Shown: positions 1 to 12,600 of the stretch, piece by piece
How the letters are laid out: each line of letters opens with the position of its first letter
How positions within the stretch are numbered: the stretch's first letter is position 1
DNA from: Macrostomum lignano
Taxonomy: Eukaryota
NCBI GenBank assembly: GCA_002269645.1
Contig: NIVC01000006.1
Span: 496,001 to 560,000, forward strand
Length of the DNA: 64,000 nt
Direction of reading: 5' to 3'
Position numbers and translations under genes: made by a program
Notes under the pieces: generated by a model
What the model was told of the DNA's origin: nothing
Database searches by the model: none
Seen by the model: only the letters and a program-made list of their open reading frames with translations

Positions 1-31
1 AGAGGGACAAAAGCTACTCTTAACGACTAAA

Positions 32-410
32 ACTTAGCAGAATTGTCACACAGATGAATCCCATAATATGCTTTTTATAAAAATCATTCCTTTACTTAGC
101 AGAATTGTCACACAGATGAATCCCATAATATGCTTTTTATAAAAAATCATTCCTTTACTTAGCAGAATTGTCACACAGATGAATCCCATAATATGCTTTT
201 TATAAAAATCATTCCTTTACTTAGCAGAATTGTCACACAGATGAATCCCATAATATGCTTTTTATAAAAATCATTCCTTTACTTAGCAGAATTGTCACAC
301 AGATGAATCCCATAATATGCTTTTTATAAAAAATCATTCCTTTACTTAGCAGAATTGTCACACAGATGAATCCCATAATATGCTTTTTATAAAAAATCAT
401 TCCTTTACTT
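32..410. repeat. Tandem minisatellite, about 60-61 bp unit, about 6 copies
   Basis: Unit ACTTAGCAGAATTGTCACACAGATGAATCCCATAATATGCTTTTTATAAAAA(A)TCATTCCTTT repeated head to tail. Confidence 0.95.
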
Positions 411-671
411 CACGACTTTATGCCATCTAAACTATTCTTTCGCTGCAAAAATGGTTATCAATGATGTGGTAAAAATTTAATGATATCAATAAATGACTTA
501 AAAGAAATTATTTCAATTCAATTTATTAAAAGTTTAAGGTTTTTATTAACGAATCGTGCTATTAATATTTATTGATAGTTTAAAAAATCAAATTTCGCAT
601 TACCGTTTTATACTACTTAATGAGTCATCTCTAAAAATTCAATACCAAAAACAAGTAAAACTCTATTCGTA

Positions 672-3600
672 CTACTCGGCTAGCTGGGCAGCCAGTAGTC
701 TGGTCAGCTCGTCGCGCTGATTTCGCAAAGATTCCCGACCGGCGCAGTGGAACAGCGGGCGGGCCCCTGTTGCGCAGTCCGCATCGAGCAAGGACTCCAA
801 GGTGGCCCGATCGGCGAAGTGGCTGGCCAAGCTGCAGACGGCCTCGCAGTCTGATTGGCTACCGTCTGCCGCCTGAATCAGCGCCAGCCAATCGGCGCTC
901 TGCAATCCTAGGCAGCCAATCAGGCGTCGACGCGTGTCCGCGGATGCGCCGTCCAATCGGATTAGCGGAAGGAGGCGGCGGGCTCGAAGCTCCGGATTGG
1001 TCAGCTCTCGACAGCCAATCAGAAGCGGCGCCTGAGAAATGCACAGAGCCAGGCTGGGGTGCGCGGAGCCGAGGCTGCGGCACAGGGCGTCAAAGCCAGA
1101 TGGCGGAGGCTGACCTGGCTGCAGCCACAGCAGCTGCAGAATTGAGTTGAGAAGGGCTTTAAGAAACTCGAATTCTTAGAAAAACTGATGCTGATACTAG
1201 TGCTAAAGGCCCTGGTGCTAAAGCCTCTGCCCTCTGGTGCTGGCGCCCCGGGTGCTGGCGCCCCGGGTGCTGGCGCCCCGGGTGCTGGCGCCCCGGGTGC
1301 TGGCGCCCCGGGTGCTGGCGCCCCGGGTGCTGGCGCCCCGGGTGCTGGCGCCCCTGGTGCTGGCGCCCCGGGTGCTGGCGCCCCGGGTGCTGGCGCCCCG
1401 GGTGCTGGCGCCCGGGTGCTGGCGCCTCTGTTGCTGGCGCCCCTGGTGCTGGCGCCCCTGGTGCTGGCGCCCCTGGTGCTGGCGCCTCTGGTGCTGGCGC
1501 CCCTGGTGCTGGCGCCCCTGGTGCTGGCGCCCCTGGTGCTGGCGCCCCTGGTGCTGGCGCCCCTGGTGCTGGCGCCTCTGGTGCTGGCGCCCCTGGTGCT
1601 GGCGCCCCTGGTGCTGGCGCCCCTGGTGCTGGCGCCCCTGGTGCTGGCGCCCCTGGTGCTGGCGCCCCTGGTGCTGGCGCCCCTGGTGCTGGCGCCCCTG
1701 GTGCTGGCGCCCCTGGTGTCACGCCTCAGTTCAAGTGGCGCCCCTCATAAAAGAACGGCGTCCCCAATGAAAGCTCCTGGCTACAGCAGCATCTGCTCAC
1801 CAGAAGAACTCGCTGAGCTACAAAAGCCAGACAGCAGCACTGCCGACTCTCCATGCCTGGTAGATTGTACAGCAGAGACAGCAGCCGCTTGAGCAGGCCC
1901 TCCGGGGTGGACAAGCTCACCTGGCAGTTAGGCGGACAATTAATAACTTTTTAACAACCATGTAAAGATATTTAGTTACTACTTTCATTTTGAAGTTTTT
2001 TCTTAAGGTTTTCAGAAATTTGTCACACTTTTAATCGACGAAAAAGGTACCCAGGCCAAGAAACATCCCAAGGTCAATCGCGTCGCCCCAGGGTCGTTGC
2101 ACGACGCATGTAACACAGGTAAAATAGGAAAGAAGTGACTCTGGACGACTATAAAATGAGTCGTTCAAAAGACGTCAGAGTCGCCTAAGAGTCAATTCTT
2201 ATTAGAGTCAGATCTGAGGCGTGCTGGAGTCGCTGCAGAATCAGTGAGTTGCGTCTAAAGCGCACCTGCGGCACTTTATGAATCAGAATCGCATTTTCGC
2301 ATTTTAAACTCTATTTAGTCTACTCGAGTCAGTAGAAAGTTAAGCGTTAAATGTTAACACAACGACTTTTACGACTGTTTTACGATTCTGCAACTTCAGA
2401 TTCACTATAGTAAGTTGTTTGCAGTGGCTCTTTAGCGATTCTTGTCACAGGTAACGTTTTCAACGGGTAACAGCTTTCATGTCATTTTAAATTGGTACAT
2501 TTTTGCTTTCTGATAAATTCAATCTTGCCTAAAAAGCGTTAGTTAAAAATTTTCTGCTCTAGTATGGGTATGACCCGAAAATTTGAGTCGGCAAATGAGA
2601 TTAAAAGAGTCGAACTTTTCGGACAACCTCTAGTGTAACTCAAAACTGCACTTCAACCAAACACTCGGCCTATTCACATTTCCGGGAAGAAATGCTTCTC
2701 TGTAAAAACAAACTTCGTTTTTTAAGTTCCAATACAGAGTAAAACAACTTAGTCTAAAACAGGGGTCGGGCAGATTTTTTACCTCAAGGGCCACAGAAAA
2801 CCCAGCGCATGGCTGCGGGCCAGAGGGGAGAAATGCGAAGCAGAAGCAAGGAAATAAAATGAAGAGAGAAGAGAGAGGAGAGGAGGAGAAGAGACATAAA
2901 ATAGGAGAGGAGAGAGAAGAGCAGGGAGAGAAGGAAGAGGAAAGACGAGAGGGAAGGAGAGGAGAGGGGAGAAGAGGAGAGGAGAGGAGAGGGAAGGAGA
3001 GGAGAGGAGGGAGAGAAGAGGTGAGGAAAGAAGAGATGAGAGGAGGGGAGAGGAGAGAGGAGAGGAGGGGAGAGGAGGGGAGAGGAAGGGGAGAGGAGAG
3101 AGGAGAGGAAGGTGAGAGGAGAGAGGAGAGGAAGGGGAGAGGTGGGGAGAGGAGAGAGGAGAGGAAGGGGAGAGAAGAGGTGAGGAAAGAAGAGATGAGA
3201 GGAGGGGAGAGGAGAGAGGAGAGGAGGGGAGAGGAGGGGAGAGGAAGGGGAGAGGAGAGAGGAGAGGAAGGTGAGAGGAGAGAGGAGAGGAAGGGGAGAG
3301 GTGGGGAGAGGAGAGAGGAGAGGAAGGGGAGAGAAGAGAGGAGAGGAAGGGGAGAGGAGAGAGGAGAGGGAGGGGAGAGGAGAGAGGAGAGGAAGGGGAG
3401 AGGAGAGAGGAGAGGAAGGGGAGAGGAGAGAGGAGAGGAAGGGGAGAGGAGAGAGGAGAGGAAGGTGAGAGGAGAGAGGAGAGGAAGGGGAGAGGAGAGA
3501 GGAGAGGGAGGGGAGAGGAGAAATGAGAGGAGGGGAGAGGAGAGAGGAGAGGAAGGGGAGAGGAGAGAGGAGAGGAAGGGGAGAGGAGAGAGGAGAGGGA

Positions 3601-6600
3601 GGGGAGAGGAGAAAGGAGAGGAGGGGAGAGGAGAGAGGAAGGGGAGAGGAGAGAGGAGAGGAAGGGGAGAGGAGAGAGGAGAGGAGGGAGAGAGGAGAGG
3701 AGGGAGAGAGGAGAGGAGGGGAGAGGAGAGAGGAGAGGAAGGGGAGAGGAGAGAGGAGAGGAGGGAGAGAGGAGAGGAGGGAGAGAGGAGAGGAGGAAAG
3801 AAGAGATGAGAGGAGGGGAGAGGAGAGAGGAGAGGAGGGGAGAGGAGGGGAGAGGAGAGAGGAGAGGAAGGTGAGAGGAGAGAGGAGAGGAAGGGGAGAG
3901 GAGGGGAGAGGAGAGAGGAGAGGAAGGGGAGAGAAGAGAGGAGAGGAAGGGGAGAGGAGAGAGGAGAGGGAGGGGAGAGGAGAGAGGAGAGGAAGGGGAG
4001 AGAAGAGAGGAGAGGAAGGGGAGAGGAGAGAGGAGAGGGAGGGGAGAGGAGAGAGGAGAGGAAGGGGAGAGGAGAGAGGAGAGGAAGGGGAGAGGAGAGA
4101 GGAGAGGAGGGGAGAGGAGGAGAGAGGAGAGATAAGAGAAGATAGAGGGAGAGCAGAGGAGATTGTAGAGAAGGTAGCTGAGAAGAGACTCAAACCCTGA
4201 GCAGGCGGGATTGCACTGTGAAGTTTCAAAGGACCTGAGGGCTGGATAGAGGTGGGCCGCACGGGGCGCGCAGGCCGAACTTTTCCGACCCCTGGTCTAA
4301 ACCATTATCTTTTCACTGAATAGATTGCGAGTGTTTCAAATGCGTTTTAGCAAATTATAAAAGCAAACAATTAAAATTGAAAGCGGACATCAAAGCCAGG
4401 CACCAACATCAATAGGCAGTTTACAGCCGCTGCCGCCATTTTGGCACTGGCGTACAGCTTGATTTAGCAAATCCATCAGCAGGTCAGACCACTGTTTGAA
4501 CTGATCCATGCTATTACTATTAGTAATATCGATATCCGGCAGGTCTGTCATCTGTTGGAGCCAGCGAACTTCCACGAAGTAGATAGACAGAGGCCAGGGT
4601 AGCTGCGGGTGAAACATTGGGGCTTTTGGTTAACTAACAGTTGTTTTAATGCATGCATGCAAACAAGCTACTTTCAATTCAGTAGTATTCACTGCCAATT
4701 GTTTTCAAGCGGTGAAACGACTGCCAATGACTTAGGTTAGGGTTGGGGTTACGGCTTAGGATTTAGGTTATGGTTTTGGTTAGGGTTAATGTTCAGGTTT
4801 CGGTATAGGTTATGGTTAAGGTTTAGGTTAAGTTTAGACCTAGGGTTATGATTTAGGCTTAGAGTAGGGTTTAGGTTGGGGTAAATGTTCAATTTCAGGC
4901 TTAGGTTTACGTTACTGTTTAGAGATTTAGGTTTCCATAATTTCCACCCTTGCTAAACATTAAAAATGTCCTGTCTAATTCAGTGTTTAAACGCGGTTTT
5001 TATCCCATGCACTTGCGACCACCAATGATATGTGAAACACCTATGCAAATTTGGGACTATAGAATTGAGTAAGATGCTCTGCTCTCTCTCTCGCCCTCAA
5101 ATGTCACTGACAGTCAAACCTCACTGACAGTCAAATCTCACTGACAGTCAAATGTCACTGACAGTCAAATCTCACTGACAGTCAAATCTCACTGACAGTC
5201 AAATCTCACTGACAGTCAAATCTCACTGACAGTCAAATGTCACTGACAGTCAAATGTCACTGACAGTCAAATCTCACTGACAGTCAAATCTCACTGACAG
5301 TCAAATGTCACTGACAGTCAAATCTCACTGACAGTCAAATGTCACTGACAGTCAAATGTCACTGACAGTCAAATGTCACTGGCACAACCTACTTATATAT
5401 ACTTATCAATCAATCAGTAGTCTTATCTACCTGCTTGGCAAACTGCCAATCAAACTGACTGTCTATAAGCTCCATGGCGCCACAGACTGCCAACGGTTGC
5501 TGGGCGAACAGTTTCTGCAAGCGATTGATATAAAATAAATATAATAAAACTATGATTTTTAATAGCGAACTTCACTTTCTGATCGGCCCTACCTGAAAGA
5601 ACCTGCCAAACTGCTTAAGCGGAATTAGCCGGGCCAAACTGGGCAATGAATCGCAAATTTCTGCTTCGCTTAGTCCCGACATACTACTGCAGCCGTCCTC
5701 GCCAGCAGTAGTAACAGCAGGAGCATCGGCTTCTTCTGCAGCAGATGCTGTTAGACAGTACAGCAAGCTGTCGGGATTCAGTCGAGGCAGTTGATGCGAG
5801 CAGAGCCGACATAGCGTCGGTCCGTTGCTAGGCAACAGGGCGAGCAGGCGGATTAACAGATTGGCACTACTTGAGCTGGTCTCCCGGGCTAGCAGAGCTC
5901 TGAGCAGCTGCTCAAGACAGGGCCATACGGCCTTGGGAAAAGAGAAGCATTACGTTTAATTATTGGCGAATTCATATTTTGTGAATTTGACTCTTTTAGA
6001 AACCAGGTATCCTCACAGACTGATGACCAGGAAGGCAAAAATTCGCGCGCTTCAGAAGGCCGTCTCGGATGTAGCTGACGAGACTGGAGGACTTCAGCAG
6101 CTGTTGGTTGATTCCAGTATATTTACGAGTATTAGCTTCATACAACTATTTGTTCTAGTATTACGTAGTATTTCTTTCCATAGCCCCCCATGTACAATCG
6201 ATGACTCATTCAATCTCTTATCTCCTCTGTCCCTCCCTGCCATCCCAATGTACACTCGATGACTCATTCAATCTCTTATCTCCTCTGTGCCTTCCTACCC
6301 CCATGTACACTCGATGACTCATTCAATCTCTTATCTCCTCTGTCCCTCCCTGCCATCCCAATGCACACTTGATGACTCATTCAATCTCTTATCTCCTGTC
6401 TCTTCCTGCCCCCAATGTACACTCGATGACTCATTCAATATCCAATCTTCTCTGTCCCTCCTTGCTCTCGCTCAATGTACTGTAAACTAAGAGAAGGCGA
6501 GAGTTAAGCGAGACCAAAAACACACGAAGTGGCTAAAGCCACGCGCAACGATTTATATATTTGCAATGTACATCAATCAATGTACATCGCGATTATTTGC

Positions 6601-9600
6601 AGATGAATAACTCCGACCCAATAACAACCACACAACAGCGAAAACATTCACGCCTCTTACATCACTCCTTCCCTAAATTGAGGATAATAAAAAAACTGCG
6701 AAAAGACAAAAGAGGCAGTAAAACCATGAGAATTAAAAATGCACGAATAGCAAAAATGAACCAGTAAACTAGTTTTGCGCAGCATAAAAATCAGGCGGTC
6801 TTCGAGTCCTTGCAGAACGCCGAGGGCCGACTGCGGTCGGCTCATCCAGCAAGTCCGTCCAGGTCAGCCGCGGATCGACAGCCGGGCTGGGCGGTCGGCC
6901 AGCCTCTGCAGCGGGCGGAGTCGGGGCGGACTGCCAGGAAGCGGGCTGCGGCCGCCTGCGCACGAACAGCTTGAGCCGGTCGTGATGCACCACCGTGCTT
7001 CGTCTCCGGCCGGCGGGTTTTGAGATCCGGTAGGTGACGGGGCCCAGCCTCTCGAGCACGCGGTACGGTCCCAGCCACCGCCGACGAAGAGCCTTGGACT
7101 GGCCCTTCAACACCGCCGGGTTGCTGAGCATCACCAGCTGCCCGACTTGGATCGGCGTGAAGTGCTGGCGCTTGTCGTACTGCTGCTTCCGTGACCGCTG
7201 TGTCGACTGCAGGCGCTGCCGCACGAGCTGCAAGCCGGTGCGAGCGTCTGCCAGCGTATCCGTGACGAGCCTCCTTTCGCCGCCTGCAGGTAAACTGAGC
7301 TCTGCCGGGATCCTGGGGTCACATCCGTGAAGCACTGCGTAGGGCGACCTCTTGGTGGTGCAGTGCGCTGAAGAGTTGTACGCCCAGATGACGTACGGCA
7401 GGAAGTCCGCCCATTTGTTCTGCTGTTCCATGCAGTACGCCGCCAGCATGTCGCCTAATGTTCGGTTGAACCGCTCGACTGCAGGGTTGCCGCTGGGATG
7501 GAAGGGTGTCGTTCTTGTCTTGCGAATATCCAGCAGGCGGCACAGCTCTTGGAAGATGTCACTTTCAAACTGACGACCCTGATCGGAGTGGATGACTTCG
7601 GGCGCTCCGTGGCGAAGAACGACACTCCTTAGCAGCGCATCCGCAACCGTCCGGGCCTCAATGTTGGACACCGCGGTCGCCTCAACCCACTTGGAAAACA
7701 CGTCTGTGAAGCAGATGATGTACCTGAGGCCGGCTTCAGTCTCTGGGAGGGGCCCTTTGATGTCCACCTGCACCATCTCCCAAGGAGCTGATGGCACGGT
7801 GTTGATCTGCAGCGGTGCCCTCTGGTGCTGATGCGGTACCTTGCGACGCTGACACACTTCGCAGCTGCTCACCCAGTGCTGGACGTCGTCCTTTAGGCCG
7901 GGCCACCAATCTCTGCTGACGACTCTGGCCAGCGTCCTTTCGGTTCCGAGGTGCCCGCTTGCAGGATCGTCGTGCAGCAGCTGCAGCAGGTCCTGGCGAA
8001 GCTGCCGCGGGATGACGGGTTGGCCACTCGTCTTGAGGACGCCATCTTCACCAAGGTCCAGCTTCTCTGTCCTCACCAGGTGTTCTGCGTCATCTGCAGC
8101 CTTGCCACGTCTTGGCCTTTGTCCGAGGAGCACTTGTCGAGCCGCCGCTAGCACTGGGTCGTCAGCCTGCGCTACACGGATGTCGTCGTCCGACCAGGCA
8201 GGGTGCAGCCGGGTCGCCGCTGCTCGGCTCAGTGCGTCCGCAACCACGTTTTCGCGACCAGGTCTGAAGAGCAGCTTGAAGTTGATCTCCTGCAGAAACG
8301 TAATCCATCTGGCTAGCCGGCCTTCTGGCTCATTGGTGTTGAGCAGCCCTTGCAACGGCTTGTGGTCGGTGAAGACGAGAATTTCGCCAGCGGACCCAAG
8401 TAGTTCCGGAAATGCTTCATCGCCCAGACCACCGCAAGAAGCTCTCTGTGGGTAGTCGAATAATTGCGCTCCGCTTTGTTTAGGACTCTCGACGCGTAGG
8501 CTACCGGACACTCGGCATCTTCGTGGAGCTGGCTCAGGACGCCGGCGATGGCCACTCCGCTGCTGTCACAGCACAACCGGAATCCCTTGGAGAAGTCAGG
8601 CAGCTTCAGTACGGGTGGTGTCGACAGAGCTGACTTCAGCTTCCGCAGAGCGTCATCGCACTGAGTTGTCCATTGAAACTGTCGACTCTTCTGAGTCGCC
8701 TGATGAAGCGGATTAGCGATGCTGGCGAAGTGCGGAACGAAACGCCGGTAGAAGCCCAGCATGCCGACAAGCCGGCGAACATCCTCAGCGCATTCGGGTA
8801 TCGGGATGGACTGGATAGCGCTGACCTTGTCCTGAGTTGGTCGAATGCCTTCTGCCGAGATTTTGTGTCCTAGGTACTCAACCTCCTGGAAGCAGAAGTA
8901 GCTCTTGCGCTTGTTCAATTTGAGGCCGGCAGACTGCAGTCTTCCCAGGACCTGTTCCAGTGTTTCCGCATGCTTCTCGAAGGTCTGACTAAACAGAATC
9001 AGATCGTCCATGTACGTGAGCACCTCTGTCCAGTTCAGGCCGGCCATCGTTAGGTCCATCAGGCGCTGAAAGGTTGCCGGGGCGTTGCAGAGGCCGAACC
9101 CGAGTTTCCTGTACTGCATCAGGTCCTGCGTGGTGTAGAAAGCGGTCTTCTCCCGGTCTTGCTCTCGCAGCTCAACCTGCAGGAACCCTTGGCGGAGGTC
9201 AAGAGTGCTGAACCAACTGCTTCCAGTGAGCGCGTCCAGCGCAGCAGACAGCGGAGGCAGCGGGTAGGCGTCCTTCACGGTGCACGAGTTGAGGGCTCTC
9301 CAGTCGGTGCAGATTCGAATCTCGTTGTTTTTCTTTCGCACCACAAGCAGATTACTCGCCCATGGACTGCAGGACGGCTCGATAATCCCGTGACGCCGCA
9401 TCTCGCTAATTTTCTCGTCCACTTGCTGCCGGTAATTCAGGGGAACGGTCCGTTGCCTATGCTTGATGGGGCGACTGCCGGGTTCCAGATTAATCTCGTG
9501 TTGCAGCAGGTGTGTTGTTCCCAGGTCAAACTCGTGCCTGGCGAATGCCTGCTCTGCCTGGCACAGCAAGGATTCGATGCGCTCGCGCTGCGACTCGCTC

Positions 9601-12600
9601 AGCTCCGGGTTGATGTTAAAGCCAGCTTCCTCTTCACCAGGTTCACCGTCTGCTCCGTTTACTTCTGCAGCGTCGAAGTTGCCGATTGCCTGGTTCTGGT
9701 AGAGCACCACCGGGTCGGCACTCACGTTGCAGACGCCCACTGGGAGATTTCCGTCTACGCTGGAGACCACCAGAGCCCTGTTTGGCAGCAGGCCAGTCTT
9801 GTCGATAAAATCTGAGCTGGGCTCGAATAGACCCTGCTCGACAGACGATGGCACTTTGGCTGGGATGATGACGCGGCTGCGGGCTGGAATGGACACGGTG
9901 CTGGCAACTCTGGCAATCACGGCGGTGGGCACCACTCGGCAAGCCTGCGAGGAGCTCCTGTCCGGCAAGATCGAGATCCTGGTTGACCCCAGCTGGACGG
10001 AAGACGCCGGGAGATTGACGCTAAAACTTGAGCACATTTTCCCGATGGCGTCCATACCGAGCACGCATTCCGGCTGAATCCCGGCAACCACCATTACCTG
10101 GTGCTCCACGGATGGCAGTCCCTCTAGCTGTATCGCTAGCGTTGCACTCGCCGGAGACTCCAAGCGTCGACCATCGATTCCGACCGGAGTGCTGATAGGA
10201 GGATGAAGCTGAGCATCGACTTCTAGAACTCGAAGCAGCGCAGCTGAAACTAAAGTTACCTGTGCGCCAGTGTCGAACAGCCACCTGCAGGGCCGGCCAG
10301 CAATGCTGCCGGGCAGAAATATTGAGACGGTTTGGGCCTTGCTAGGCAGGGCTGGTGATGGCCCGCGCTCACCAGTCCTCAGAAGTTTCCCGAAGCCGGA
10401 GTCGGGCAGACCTCGGCCCGGTGTCCTCTGCCTGAGCAGCGGCTGCACACAGACGGCACAGCTGGAGCGACTTGCTTGCCTGGACACTGAGCAGCGAAAT
10501 GACCGGGCTGAGCGCAGTTGAAGCATTTTCCACGGGTGCTGCCTCTTCCACGAGCTGCATTCCTTCGCCCACCGCGCTGTCCTCCGCGGCTGCCAATGGT
10601 GGCGACTGTCGCAGCCAGATCCGCCAACTGCTCTTGCATTTGCTCCAGCCGGTCAGTCACTTGGCTGCTCACCGATGTCACTGCGACGCTTACCGGGGCT
10701 CCTTTGCTGCCGATGCTCTCCAGCGCTGTGGCGCGGTCTGCCAGCTGTTCAGGACTGCTGCTGTCATAATCCGAAGCTTTCAACAGAGCCTCACGGATCT
10801 CTGTCGGCAGCAGAGCTAGCAGTCGGTGTCGCACTTCGCAATCTCTCACCGTTTGAGCGTGCTCCGGGCGTGCCTTTCGGTACAGAAGCTTGAGTGCGTA
10901 GCACAGCTCCCTCAGCGACTCTCCTTGGCGTCGCTTCCGGCTCTCGAACTCAGACATAGCGCGAAAAGTGTTATCCTTGCCTCTGTAGAACTTGACGAGT
11001 TCGTCCTTTAAGATCTTGTAGCTGCTCTGTTTGGCCGCTGGCAGGTCCCAGACGAACACGAGGGCTTCACCTGAAAGAAGCAGCTTGATCTTGGATGCCA
11101 TCTTGGTGTCGTTCCACTCAGAATCTGCTGCAAAGTCCTCAAACATCTGCAGCCACATGTTGATATCGGTATCGTCAGAGCCAGAAAACTTTGGCGGTAA
11201 AAGTGCATTTGCGTGCGCCATGAGTGAGCCGGTTTGCAACTGAGGCCGCTGCCACCAATGTAAACTAAGAGAAGGCGAGAGTTAAGCGAGACCAAAAACA
11301 CACGAAGTGGCTAAAGCCACGCGCAACGATTTATATATTTGCAATGTACATCAATCAATGTACATCGCGATTATTTGCAGATGAATAACTCCGACCCAAT
11401 AACAACCACACAACAGCGAAAACATTCACGCCTCTTACAGTACACTCAATCGACATATTATCTTTAACTCCTCTCAATCCCCTGCCTAACCCAGATGCAC
11501 ACTCACCTTAGCTGCATCCAAGCTCACCGCAGGAAGCAAAACTTCTAAATCGGGATTTAGAAATTCCAGCATTAGCCGGGCTCCAATGCAATCCTCGGGT
11601 TGATCTCTAAATCGAAAAAAATATTAGCTAATCAGTTACTAGAAATAAAAATATTAGTTTAATAGAATCAAAATCCCAAACAAATTTATTCAAAACATTG
11701 GCACACTCGATAAGTTCGGCGCAAAACTCAAGAATTTTTTGCTTCTGCAACTGGCTGGCATTCTGGGCGCTTTCAGAAGTCTGCAAGATGAACGCGGCTT
11801 CTCGGGCCAAGTGCTGGCAGATGTCTTCGCTGTCCTGCTTGAATTCCAGGCACTTGTCAATCTGCAGTGCAAATTTAGTACAGTAGTATATCGTAATTTA
11901 TTAGGTTATAAGTATATTATTTGGATTTCTCTATCAACCGCCCGTTATTTATAGTTATCCACTAACTTTCCTAAGTTATCCGCCCCCCTTTTTAAAGTTA
12001 TCCGCCCCATTTCTCAGGTTACCCGCCAACTTTCCCCAAGTTATATGTTATACCCCCTTTCCGAAGTTATCCGCCCCCTTTCTCAGGTTATCCGCCAATT
12101 TTCCCAAATTATCTGCCGCCTTTCCCAAGTTATCCGCTCCCATTCCCAAGTTATCCGCCCCTTTTTCAAGTTATCCGCTCCCATTCCCAAGTTATCCGCC
12201 CCTTTCCCAAGTTATCCGCCAACTTCCACAAGTTATCCGGTTATCTGTCCAACTTTCTAGTTATTAAAAAAACTACTTAATGCAAATTACAACTTTATTT
12301 TCTCAGAATCCAACCTTATTCACCCATTCTCCCAGCAAAGCTCTCACAAGGTCTTCCACTAGATTACCGGCGGACTCAAACACCAGGGTGTACAAGGTGC
12401 TCAATGGCCGGCCGCCACCAGCTGTCGCCTCTTCGTCAGCGTCGGCAGCAGAGGACACCAGCAGCAGGCCGCGGTCGTGAGCTGCAACCGCAAAAATTCC
12501 AGGAAACATCTGCGACCCTATGAGCAGATTGGGCACGGCAGTTGATAACGGACCGGAGTCTGAGACCGACTCGGAAATGACAGAAGACAGACGACACAGG

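Larger units (their letters stand above)
6481..11439 (-). mobile_element. Full-length Ty3/Gypsy LTR retrotransposon A (4959 bp), in an HPS3 intron, same orientation as the gene
   Basis: Two identical 181-bp TG..CA LTRs; GTAC TSD (6477-6480, 11440-11443); PBS, PPT; gag then PR-RT-RH-INT order. Confidence 0.97.

Noticed and set aside
1159-1892. Collagen-like or elastin-like ORFs (GAPGAGAP, LAPLV, CWRPW)
   Set aside because: Open in nearly all frames because the 15-bp unit lacks stops; lies inside an intron of the HPS3 model.
2784-4262. 492-aa S/P/L-rich and 316-aa E/R/G-rich ORFs
   Set aside because: Translation of a homopurine microsatellite inside a MITE.
7034-10819. Many plus-strand ORFs over element A
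   Set aside because: Antisense or off-frame shadows of GC-rich gag/pol with no recognisable motifs.
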